Below, piece by piece: positions 36,391 to 48,649 of a stretch of DNA of 56,772 nt (position 1 is the stretch's first letter; each line of letters begins with the position of its first letter). The DNA is from Toensbergia leucococca. Taxonomy: Eukaryota. The notes under the pieces are model-generated. The model worked only from the letters and a program-made list of their open reading frames with translations. It was not told where the DNA came from and made no database searches. The stretch spans positions 1 through 56,772 of the forward strand of contig JALDZS010000155.1 in assembly GCA_022813965.1 (NCBI GenBank), read 5' to 3'. Position numbers and translations under genes: made by a program.

Positions 36391-38272
36391 GCGGTGCCAA
36401 GATTTCGCAGATGAATTGCATGCGCTAAATACGATACCAGCTCAAATTTCCCACAAAATCTGTCAAAATTCGACATCCAATGCTTTCACTTTCACCACTG
36501 ACTGTATCACTCCTACTCCACGAAAGGTCGAACAATGTTGTAAGTCTTGCTTGACCTTTTGTCGTGTGACACACTACCTTCTTATTATGAGGAAATCCTT
36601 TCACACCAGTTCTGGCGATCACTCCATGAGCCATTGAACAACATGCACTACCATCTGAATAATCTGCTCGTCCCTCTGCGCTCAAAATCTGTGTCATGAC
36701 ACCGAATGGAACTGACTTATATAAATCCCATAGTTCTCTCTGCCCCTGGATGAGACTACAGGTACGTGGTTATCTTCCTTGTCATTCATCCTGTTAATGT
36801 CGACGGCCTCTTTCAATGATGAAATCCATATTTATCAGTTCTGCTTCTGAACTACGTTGATGATAATCATTACCAAACTTACCATTTTCTGATCTCACCG
36901 TTCCTGCCCAACACTGCCTTGGCTTTGCTTCCTACGATTAAGCATGTTGCTGATATCAAGCTAGCTCAGTGATCGCAATTGCAACTCTTTCCTCACATGA
37001 TCAATACTGAGGTTAGTGAATTATTCCATTAAGATCTTTGCAGTGATGAAGGAAGTCAATCCATTCCATGAAGTCCCCTCCTACCGAGCTACCCTCCCGC
37101 ACCGGACTGAATTTCTTGATTCAGGAGGACTGGTTGTGGAGTTGCTATATTACCGATGGTGTTGGCTTTAAGCTGCGCTTTCAGATAGTGCGTCATGCTA
37201 GCTTTCGAGTTTTGCTGTCTTGTGGATCGTCTTGGTCTGCACGGCTTCAGGGCCGGCAAGAGGGGTTTGACAAAATCGGCTTTTCTGAGCATCAGATCAA
37301 CTTGCTGTGCCACATCAGGCAACCGCAGCTCTCGGTATTGGATTATACTAACATTTTTTATACAATAGTAATCCTTCTATACCGCCCAGGACCAGACGAT
37401 TATCTACGACACAGACCATCAAGTCTCTACGAGAACTGTACCGAAGGTTCAAAGCGAGAGCTAGCCTCGCTCGAATGCTGTATAGAAAGCGAATGTCCTA
37501 GGAGAAAGAACATCGATCCACTGCACCATTGCACCAGCGCCATTAGGAATCAAACCTGTTAGGTTTCCCTTGGACGAGCTGTCCTACTTCCTTCTCAGCC
37601 TATGTACACAGTTCACTCCAATGTTGTTTTCTACGAAAATTGTATTGCTGCCGCACCACAAAAGTGTATGTATAGAGATATGAGTACAGGCTGTGGGATA
37701 CGAAAGCAAGCGGAGTTGATGAATATAAGCCTGTGTTCGTAACTTGTAGCCTTGAATACTCCTGTTCACGGCCTGAAATACTGGAGCTTAGAGGAAACAA
37801 AGTTCAATCCTCAAATTCAAAATAAAGAGCAAATTCATTTAATCATGTTGGCTTCTTCACTCTTATGCACGGCAATGTACAATTATGCGTAGTCGCACAA
37901 GGTAGCCTGTGATCCTTGCTTAGTCATGTTTTCGATGACTAAGGTACTCCGTGCGGATACGGATATTCTGTTCTATGGATAGAATACTCCGTACAAGGAT
38001 CATGAAATTGCCAAGATTACAGCATTTAACTTCCTCGTAGAATAACCTTGTATGCTCAGTGCACGATTTCCACTTTCCAATAAGGTTGTTCCCTGGCCTT
38101 TCAATCTCTTGAAAAGTTTTTCAGAGCCTGTGATGCTGTTTAATCATTTATGATCTGTTGTGAGGTTTGGTAGAGACCACATCTGCAACGTGCCAACTTC
38201 AGTTCCCACATCGTCCCATAGCTAGGGGATGAATGTAGCAGAGCTGCGGACGTCTCCATCACAGTGGAAAAG

Positions 38273-40004
38273 ATGAACAGACATCATGCTTCTGGCAATG
38301 GACACCTGGCATACCCTATGGGAGGCACCGGAAGTGCAGGAGGAAGTTTCTCGATCTCACCACATCGGTAGGTAACCCTAGACCATGGCAGTGCTCATTG
38401 ACATGAATGCAGCGTCTGGTCCAATTTACGGCATAAGTTGACTTCTGCGCATAGATTCCAGCCACGGTCACAACCAGCATTGCGGCGGAGAAGGCAACTT
38501 CTCATAAGATTAGCCGTCGTGGGCAGCGCCTCCGTTTTTCTGATCCTGCTCTTCTTTCCTTCTCTGCGATCTGCCATTCTCTCCACACTCTCGCTTGGAC
38601 TTTTATCTACTGTGGAGGATTTCCAATTGGAGACTGTGAGGTACTACGACCTGACTAATGTTCAAGGGACAGCAAGAGGGTGGGAACGGGAAGAAAGGGT
38701 CCTGTTATGTGCACCTTTACGAGACGCAGAGACCCATCTGCCGTTGTTCTTCTCCCATTTACGAAACTTCACATATCCTCATCATCTAGTCGACTTGGCG
38801 TTCCTTGTGTCTGACTCGAAAGATCGTACACTACCTCTTCTATCCCAGATGCTTAAGGATTTGCAACAAGATTCAGATCCGAAGCAACCATACGGAGAAA
38901 TTTCAGTCTTAGAGAAAGATTTTGGGCAAAAGGTCAATCAGGACGTAGAGAGCCGCCATGGCTTTGCGGCCCAAGCCAGCAGGAGGAAATTAATGGCTCA
39001 AGCCAGGAATTGGTTACTCAGCGCTGCACTTCGGCCAACACATAGCTGGGTATATTGGCGAGATGTCGACGTTGAAACGGCTCCTTACACGATTCTAGAG
39101 GATCTGATGCGTCACAACAAAGACGTCATAGTCCCTAGTGAGTATTGAGAAGCCTTCTCAAGCATCACTTGATCTAATCTCATGCTTTTAGATGTATGGC
39201 GACCTCTGCCTGACTGGCTGGGGGGCGAACAACCATACGATTTAAATTCCTGGCAGGAGTCAGAGACTGCACTGGCATTAGCTGATACTTTGGACGAGGA
39301 TGCTGTGATTGTCGAAGGATATGCAGAGTATGCGACTTGGCGGCCACATCTCGCGTATTTGAGAGATCCATACGGAGACCCCGACATGGAGATGGAGATT
39401 GATGGTGTCGGTGGAGTCAGTATACTAGCAAAGGCAAAGGTATTCAGATCCGGAGTACACTTTCCAGCCTTTAGTTTCGAAAAACATGCAGAAACAGAGG
39501 GCTTCGGTAAAGTAAGTCCAACAGATAATATAATGTTGTGCTGAGTACCAACTAATGATTTTCTTAGATGGCTAAAAGAATGCAGTTCTCAGTTGTAGGA
39601 CTACCGCACTATACCGGTAAGCTTTTCCATTCTTTGTTCATCTACAAATTGAGGCTAATTACCGGTTTCGGGCAGTTTGGCATTTGTATGAGCCGAGTGT
39701 TGATGACATACGTCACATGGAAGAGATGGAACAGGAAAAGAAGAACCGAGAAAACGAGGAAAAGGAGCGAATGGAACGAATGAAGAAAATAAAAGACGAG
39801 TTTAATGACCCTAACAGCCAGTGGGAGAAGGACAAAACAGATATTCAGGAAATATCGCAGAAGGACGAAGAAAATAAGGAGCAAAGTGGCAGCACTGATC
39901 TTGGTGATGAACAAGGCCCTATTGCTCAGCCTGCGAAAGAACTGGGGAAGGAGGCTAGCGATGAGGCTACAACCAAGCAGCCTGAGCAGCTCCACCGACT
40001 CTAG
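38273..40004 (+). CDS. ANP1: Mannan polymerase complex subunit Anp1 (GT62)
   Basis: Type II TM segment; RVLLCAPLRDA, EKDFGQ, ARNWLLSAALRPTHSWVYWRDVDVET, VWRPLPDWLG, PAFSFEKHAETEGFG, WHLYEPSVDD; four introns. Confidence 0.92.
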
Positions 40005-40689
40005 AGAAAATTTTAAGTCGTCTGATTAGGGAAGGCGTCACTCAAGGCGTCTCACGGTAGTCTTTGGAGAGAAATATAAGGACAATCATAATCTGGCACT
40101 AGAGGAACACGGGTAAATTGTGGATGTATTGACTACAGACATAGCTGGTTGGGGGCATTATTGGAGTAATTTTCATGAGGCATTGGGCCCGGTAGATTAG
40201 CCTCTTCAATACCAACACATACGATGCAAGCATCAACGACTATTTCCGTACAATAAGAATCTAAACATGGTCTTCGCATCAGATACTATCTCATGCCTCA
40301 TATCAGGTCCTTGGCCTCTCAAAACTCTGGATGCAGAGTCTCGTGGGTAATTACGGAGTACGGTAGCCGGCACTCCCGGCGGCCGGATAAATTCAACTGT
40401 AATTTCGATGCTCGGTACGTACGGAGTACCTGACAGACAACTTTGGAAGCTCAACGGGCTCTTCATACGGATAGGTAGCCCAAAGTGAGGAGTGTCATCA
40501 AGAAAGCGACGCTCTATCGCCTAATCCAACACGCAAAACACCTCAAGGATCCAGGATCCTCAAGCTTTAGTCATTCCTATCCATCATGACCGCCTCCATG
40601 AGTCTTTAAAGCTTGCCACAAATTCTACCTCAAAGCCGAACAAAGAGCTAGTAGCACGACCTCATCTAATACCAGACCCTCATTGCAGG

Positions 40690-43600
40690 ATGAATACTGG
40701 GGAAGAGGATCGGGAGGACCTCCATGCTAAGCAATACGGCAGCTACCGTTCCAGTATTGTCCCAATGCCAGACCACACATCGGTACAAGACCATTTCCCG
40801 AATATGCAGCGACTCTCCCCCAAAAACATCGACGTATCCATAGCTGTAGATCCCGTTGCGCTCATCAATACGGAATGTATCACCGTCACCTCCGCGATGA
40901 GGAAGCATGCTCGGTGGGCCCAATCGTCTGTTTCCGCTATTTTAGGAGGGGGATCGTCTGCGTTCAGTGGGCGAGAAATAATCCGCCCGTCGATCAACAA
41001 AAGCAAAGGGTTGGCACCTCAGAAACAACCGAGTCGATCATTAGGAGGGGCGACTGGTGATGAGAGTCTAGCTAGTCGATGGGGGCTCAGAGGCAAGAAG
41101 GGAAAGAGCATGCAAGATAACCCTCTCATGTCTGCATTTTCCCGGCTGAGAAGCGATCTAAGAGGGTGCACAGGTCAGCGTTGCATGCTAATCAAATTCC
41201 AATCTATGTTCTAACGGCTGGCAGACATTAGGACTTTCGATATTCCATCCTTGCTTCATCCTTTCCTCCAGGTCATTCGCTCTTCTTCGACCTCAGCTCC
41301 AATTACCTCCCTTGCACTTGTTGCTATCACTAAATTTTTTGCTTATAATCTTATAGGCAGAGAGTCCCCTCGGCTATCAATGGCAATGCAGCTTCTTTCA
41401 GCTGCTATCACCCACTGCCGTTTTGAAGCCAGCGACTCTGCCGCAGATGAAATTGTACTGCTTCGGATACTCAAACTTATGGAAGGAATGCTTTCTGGTC
41501 CTGGTGGAAATCTCCTCGGAGATGAGAGCGTTTGCGAGATGATGGAAACTGGCTTAAGCATGTGTTGCCAAATTCGCCTCTCAGAGCTGCTAAGGAGGTC
41601 CGCAGAGATGTCAATGGTCACCATGTGCCAAGTCGTCTTCGAACGTCTAAAGTCTCTTGAGATTGAAGCTGGTGATGATTTAGGTTTGTTAGATGCAGAT
41701 GACAGCGATGGTAAGAATGTCTTGAAAATGGATCCATCGGTAAATGGTACGACCATCGTGGCACCGCCGCGTGGCGTGAATGACGGACGACCTTCTGAGA
41801 ACCTCGAACGGTCAGCGGAGATGCCAAGAAATGCCCTTGAATCTCGCTCATCGACAAGCTTTGAGCGCCCGAATGAAATTAGTGAACAAGCCGCTCCCAT
41901 TACCTTCAACAGTGTTTTTCCAGAGCCAGTTCAGAAGCCATATACAAATCCAGAGAAGGTCGCTGAAATCAAACCTTATTCTTTGCCGTCCATCCGAGAG
42001 CTCTTTCGAGTCCTAGTGGATCTACTGGAACCTCACAACAGGCAACATGCAGACGCGATGAGAGTCATGGCTCTGCGGATAATAGATGTAGCTCTCGAGG
42101 TCGCTGGTCCCTCGATAGCTAAGCATCCCACCTTAGCTACGCTGGCGACGAATGATCTCTGCCGGCACCTTTTTCAACTTGTTCGTTCTGAGCATATGGG
42201 GCTACTAAACGAGTCATTAAGGGTTACAGGGACGTTGCTCGCTACGTGTCGAGGAGTGCTCAAATTACAGCAAGAGCTATTCTTATCATACCTTGTTGCT
42301 TGCCTTCATCCACGTGTCGAAATCCCAAGAGAGCCAGGCATAGATCCTGCCTTATATGAAGGCGTTCCCCAAACACCAAAACTCGTCAAGCCACCACCTT
42401 CGCAGACCAGTAGTGGTCGTTCTACACCAGTGCCCGTCAAAGATCGCCAAAAGCTTGGCATGGAAGGTGGTTTAAGGAAACCTGACGCCAGAGAAGCTAT
42501 GGTTGAGAGTATTGGAGCACTATTACGAATTCCAAGCTATCTTGTCGAGCTATACATAAATTACGACTGCGACGTAGATCGCAGCCACATGTGTGAGGAT
42601 TTGATAGGCTTACTATCACGAAATGCATTTCCTGACTCGGCCACCTGGAGCACAACCAATGTCCCACCTCTTTGTCTAGATGCTCTACTTGGATACATAC
42701 AATGTATTGCAGATCGCCTTGATGATGGACCGAATTTCAAAGGATATCCTGATCGACAAAAACTTCGAGAGCAGCGAGCTCGCAAGAAGATCATCATACA
42801 AGGTTCTACAAAGTTCAATCAGAATCCCATGTCCGGCATTGCATACCTAGCGCAACAAGGAATCATTGAAGATCCAAACGACCCTCAGTCAGTCACCCAA
42901 TTCCTCAAGAGCACGACTTGGATCTCAAAGAATGTTCTCGGCGAGTTTCTGACCAAGAGATCCAATGAGCCGCTTCTGGAGGCATTCATTGACCTCTTTG
43001 ATTTTAGCGGCATGCGTGTGGACGAGGCATTCAGGCATCTGCTTGGCTCATTTCGTTTGCCTGGTGAAGCACCGTTGATTAACAAAATCGTGTCGGCGTT
43101 CTCTGAGAGATATTGCACCAATGACACCCCAAAAGAAATATCCGACAAGGACGCTATATACGTCCTGACTTATGCCATCATAATGCTGAATACAGACCAG
43201 CACAATCCCAATGTTAAAGGCCAGAACCGCATGTCACATCAAGACTTCGCTAAAAACCTGCGTGGTGTAAATGGCGGTCACGACTTCGCCCCTGAATATT
43301 TAGAAAAGATATTTGACTCCATCAAGACCAATGAAATCATCCTGCCAGATGAACACAACAACAAACACTCCTTTGACTATGCTTGGAAAGAGCTTCTACT
43401 CAAGGCCCAGACTTCTGGGCCTTTGGTGGTGTGCGATACTAATGTTTTTGATGCGGATATTTTTAATGCAACATGGAAGCCGATCGTTGCAACACTATCA
43501 TACGTTTTCATGTCTGCTTCGGACGAGGCTGTCTTTTCGAGGGTTGTCACTGGATTTGATCAGTGTGCACAGATTGCTGCGAGATATAGCCTCACAAACG

Positions 43601-45915
43601 CCCTCGACCATATCATATTCTGTCTGAGTTCCATCACATCCCTTGCCTCGAATAGCCCTACAAATACAGCGCTCAACACTGAAATACAAGCTGGCAGTAA
43701 AGCTGTCATGGTAAGCGAACTAGCCGTCAGATTTGGCAGAGACTTCAAAGCCCAGTTGGCGACTGTTGTGCTCTTTGGGGTCATCTCAGGGAATGAAGAT
43801 ATAATTGAGAGTGGTTGGAATCATGTCTGCAACAGCACTCGAATTTTTTGGTAGTTGATCGCTAATATCTATCAGATTGTTCGCATATGGCTCAATCTAT
43901 TTGTAAACTCCCTAATACCACCGTCGTTTTCGCAAAATCAAGATATTCTTGATATTCCACCCATTCCATTGCAGACGCCATCCCAAGTCATCGATCGTGC
44001 GCAGCGTACGACTGATAGTGGCCTGTTCCAGGCCTTGTCATCTTATCTTTCTAGCTATGCAGCGGACGACCCTCCAGAACCATCGGACGAGGAGTTGGAA
44101 AGCACCTTATGTACAGTGGATTGTGTCAATGCTTGTTCCATGAATACAATATTCTCCAATGTCTTGTAAGTGCGAGCCATAACAGGTATTGGCAATATTA
44201 TCTGACTTAAACCTAGAGCATTACCACCGAAATCCCTTACGAGTCTTGTATACGCCCTTCTCGAACAACTCCCTGAGGAGTCTACCCCTGCAGTCATTGT
44301 TGTCAAGTCGGAGCCATCGCCAGCTCCGCCCAAGATGAACGGGCACCGACTAAATGGGCATGGTACAGCATATGATCCTTCAGTTGTATATGTACTCGAA
44401 CTGGCGACGATCCTGGCGATGCGTGACGAAAACTCAATCGCTGCAGTTGGTAAGGCTGTGACCGAGGCACTTCAAAATGTGGTCAGAGATTCTGCAAATG
44501 TTCATCCGTTGGTCTTTTCAAGAGCAGTCTTCTATCTTCTCCATCTATTGCACGCCGGTCACGTAAGTTGATAACACAAGGAGCCTCACCTAGATACTAA
44601 TGGCCAGATAGGAACAGTCATTTATCCGCGCGCCGGTAATTCTCCATACCATCTCAAGCTTTGATCAACCTACATTGGAGAAATCAGCTCTGCCGATCCT
44701 CAAGGGCCTAGCTCTTTGCATTAAGGACACTGGACTGCTCAGGAACGAGATCACCAATACTCCTGACTTTTGGTCGACAATACGTAGCCTTCACACTATA
44801 CCTGATGCAGCAGCGAGCGCTTTCGAATTGCTGGAAACAATTGTATCAGGTAGGCCATCGGCTGTCACTGCTGATAATTACGAATCTGCCGTTTCTTTAC
44901 TTAATGATTTCGCAACTGCTGGGAGTGTTGGGGCTGTCGTCGAGCAAAAGCGCGACAGGAATGCCCGAAGACCGAAGCCTGCAACGCCGAAAAGAGCTAG
45001 GTGAGTAATTCTGTTCTCTGTCTATGGAAAGTGCGCTGAAGTAAAATAGCGAGATAGACGTTGTGAGCCGAGGCACTAAGGCTGTAGCAATGGTCTATCA
45101 GTTGACTGGTCGGGTTCCCGCACTCATAGAGCAATCCCACCTTGAGAGGAATGAAGGTAGGTTGTTTAGGTTTTTTCTTTTTCCGCAATTCAGCTAAATT
45201 TGGCAGCATGGATCACGTATTGGTCACCAATTTTTCAAGCCCTTCGCACACAGTGCCTGAATCCATGTAGAGAGATCAGGCACCAGGCCTTTTCATGTCT
45301 TCAGCGCTCGTTGCTTTCGCCGCAACTTGCGTCAGCCGACCATCAAGAATGGACGGCAATTTTCGGAGAGGTCTTATTCCCTCTAATCACTCAACTTCTC
45401 AGGCCCGAAGTATACCAGTCGGATCCCGTTGGCATGAGCGAAACTAGGATTCAAGCAGCCACATTACTCTGCAAGATCTTCCTCCACTATCTCGTGATGC
45501 TCTCTGAATGGGAAGGAATGCTTGATTTATGGCTAAGAATACTAGACATCATGGATCGCCTAATGAATAGCGGACAAGGGAATAATCTCGTAAGTTGTCC
45601 ATAGGATCTCATATGAAGTTGTTCTCACGTTAGTCTTGATAGGAAGAAGCTGTACCCGAAAGCCTAAAAAACGTATTGCTCGTCATGGTGAATAGAGACT
45701 ATCTGATACCACCAACGGAAGGCTCGAAAGCCTCCGAACTCTGGAACGAAACATGGAAACGTCTAGAGAGATTTCTCCCGAACCTTTACGCAGAAATATT
45801 CCCTGACAAGCAGGCCGATGGCCGGCGGCAGAAAGTGGGCACAGGACCAGCAGAGACTAGGGAGCCCGAAGACCCAACTACCTTATTAGCATCTTCTGGA
45901 CGGGCTTCACAGTGA
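40690..45915 (+). CDS. GEA2: Sec7-domain ARF guanine-nucleotide exchange factor (Gea1/Gea2/GBF1 type), multi-exon
   Basis: PFLQVIRS, AITHCRFEASD (DCB), YINYDCD (HUS box), FRLPGEA and YAIIMLNTDQHNP (Sec7), HDS region. The start could be a later ATG. Confidence 0.93.
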
Positions 45916-46199
45916 GCGAGCTCGATCCTTGACGTACAGCAATTTTCCAACGAACAGTAATCCATTTCGTGTCGGATGTGGAGTTTGTGCGTCTGATAAA
46001 GCATATTATGGAGTTTGGCATGGTAAAATTCATATAGCTACAGCCTGGTTGCATAATCCATGCGTTTTCGTCGGACTTTCCAAGTCTTTCGCTACCCGCG
46101 TTTTTTCACATGTTCAAGGTCCTAAGCAGGCACAATGAAGCCAACGCGTGATAACCCTGGTCCATCTTTTATCACATGGATTGTGCCGAACTTAAACTA

Positions 46200-47365
46200 T
46201 CAGAACTCGCTCTCACTCTGTATCAAAACCTTAATAGCCCCCGTCTTCGGATCCGCCGCCGTCTCAAACGCCTTGACAGCCTCCTCAATATCAAACCGAT
46301 GCGTAACCAACTTCCTCAAATCAATCACCCCACTCTCCACCAGCCGAATCGCCCGCGGCCAAGTGTTGCAGTACCGATACTGATACTGCAAATCAATCTC
46401 CTGCGTGCTCAGTCGCATAAACGGAACTGACATCTCCGGTCTCCCAACCCCGATGATAAAGACTTTTCCACCAAACTTGACGCTCCAGATGGCCGTTGCA
46501 ACACTGCTCTCAACACCGGTACATTCAAGCGCGATGGTGAGTCGGATACCTCCGGCAGTTTTGACAATGTCAGAAGCGGCATCTTCAGCCGAAACACCGC
46601 GCTCAACTTTGTAGGTGCGGACGCTAGGGATGAGCTCTTTTGCGAACTTGAGCCGGCCTTCATCAATGTCAGTGATGACAATTGGTTCTGCCCCCGCGGC
46701 GCGGCAGCAGAGCAGAGTGATGAGACCGATGGGGCCAGCGCCACAGATGAGGACGGGATCGCCGAGTCTGACGCCACTTCTTTCCATGGCGGCGAGGGCC
46801 ACGCTTAGGGGTTCCAGCATGGCGCCGTTTTCAAAAGACATGTCACCGATTTTGTGACACCACACACCTAGGTGGTTAACGTAGCGGCGTAGAAGGCCGT
46901 CAACCGGGGGCGTGCTGAGAAATCTCATTTTCTCACAGCCGTTGTAGCGACCTGTGAGGCAGGGATCACAGGCATTGCAAATGATGTTTGGTTCAACTGC
47001 CACGCGGTCACCAACTTTAAGGTGAGTTACTGAGGGGTGGGTGGCTAGGATTACGCCGGCGGATTCATGACCAAGGATGTGATTGTCTTCCACGATCATA
47101 GGGCCAATGCGACCAGCGTGCCAGAAGTGAACGTCAGAGCTGAGTTGTGGGGAGAGGCATTAGCTGGGGAAGTTGATGAGGGTCAGTCAGAGACTTACCC
47201 ACAAATGCCAGTGCTTCTGATGCCAATGGTGACTTCACCATCTTTGAGTCCCTCACCGCTTTGAACAGTCTTGAGACTAGGTTCTGTTTCAGCTATCCAG
47301 AGGTCGTGAGCAGGATTGATAAAGACGCCAACATTGACCTTGCTCATGGTGGTTGTCGTGGACAT
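46200..47365 (-). CDS. lad1: L-arabinitol 4-dehydrogenase (zinc-dependent MDR family)
   Basis: [30 protein letters not shown] across one intron, [57 protein letters not shown]. Confidence 0.92.
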
Positions 47366-48649
47366 ATTGACGGAGACGTGAATGTTTAAAGTAGGAAAGT
47401 GGGAAAGCTCTATAGTCAATGAGGGATTCTATAGCGAAGGAAAAGTGGGGTATTTATTGAGCAATAAAAAGAAGCGCTCAAGCGCACCAGTGACTTTGTT
47501 GAGGTGACGCCTTCGTTGAGGGTTGACGCCTTTATTGCGAAGAGACTCAGGCAAGACGATAACAATGTGAACTTCTCTTTGAAGAGGCTATGAATATAAC
47601 TATGTCTGGAGATGACCAGAGAAATCACGACGGTGGAATTGAAAATTGTTCGAGGTGTGGCGTTAAAAGTACGATAGTTTGATGGAAATGGATGCGTTCG
47701 GCACAAAGATGCGCATGAAATCTAGACGGCAACCCCTCATCCAAGACGCTTGACTGTCAAGGTTCCCGCATTAGCGCTCGAGACATTAGCATACCTTACT
47801 GTGCGTCAAGATAGAGCGCTTGTGCGGACCACAAGAGAGGTCGAGAGGAACACATGAATCTTGATCTGACTACATGCGAGACAGAGGGCATCCGATCCAG
47901 CAGGATTGCTTCTATATCACTTTCATGTCGGATCTTGCAAATCCAGTCCGCCTTGGCGCAGGCAATACCTTAGTCAACATTGAATTTTATTCATTGCCTT
48001 GCAGTCATGTCATGATGGCCCCATGGATACCTCAGCCAAGGATTACCATACGGCTTACCCGTATATTGTTTTCTACATCTGGTGTGGACTTTAACCCGGT
48101 TCCTGGACATGCAGCATACGAGCAGTGTCCCGTTGCACCTGGATCCAATGGTATTTTCGGTTGTTGATAATACATGCCCATGCGTGGCTTGCATCTCTCG
48201 TATCGGATACAATTGAAGAGATAAGCTCACGCAGAACGTTTCCTGATACCCGACTGTGACAGGTACACCGTGCATTTATATAGCCCGAGAGTGTCATGGC
48301 TCGAACGAGACCCAATTCAGCTATCTCATTCAATAAAACGTCCTCATGCCCTATGACAGCCGCTTCCCCAACATTGCCCTGAGAAAGCCATTGACCTTTT
48401 TTGGGCCCCTGGTCACAGCATTTCGGTCGCACTGAAGAACAACTTTATAAGGTCATCTGAGTTTGGACGAATTCAATGTGTCTTTTTCATGGAATGAAAT
48501 CATACCTTGGTACAAAAAGTTGCCCGCGCAATGGATACCCCACGTTGCTGCCCTTCATCAAACCGAAGCTCTCCTCTTCGTACAACGTGTTCTACTTAAA
48601 TGTCGTTCGCCGTTGTTACTTTGCATGCCAGCGTTCCGAATTGAGTACT

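Noticed and set aside
37068..37562. 164-aa ORF
   Set aside because: No recognisable motif or gene structure; not supportable without homology or expression data.
47850..47895. TPP-riboswitch-like TGAATCTTGATC segment
   Set aside because: Lacks the CTGAGA and GATAATxCCxGCG core elements and is not in a thiamine-gene intron.
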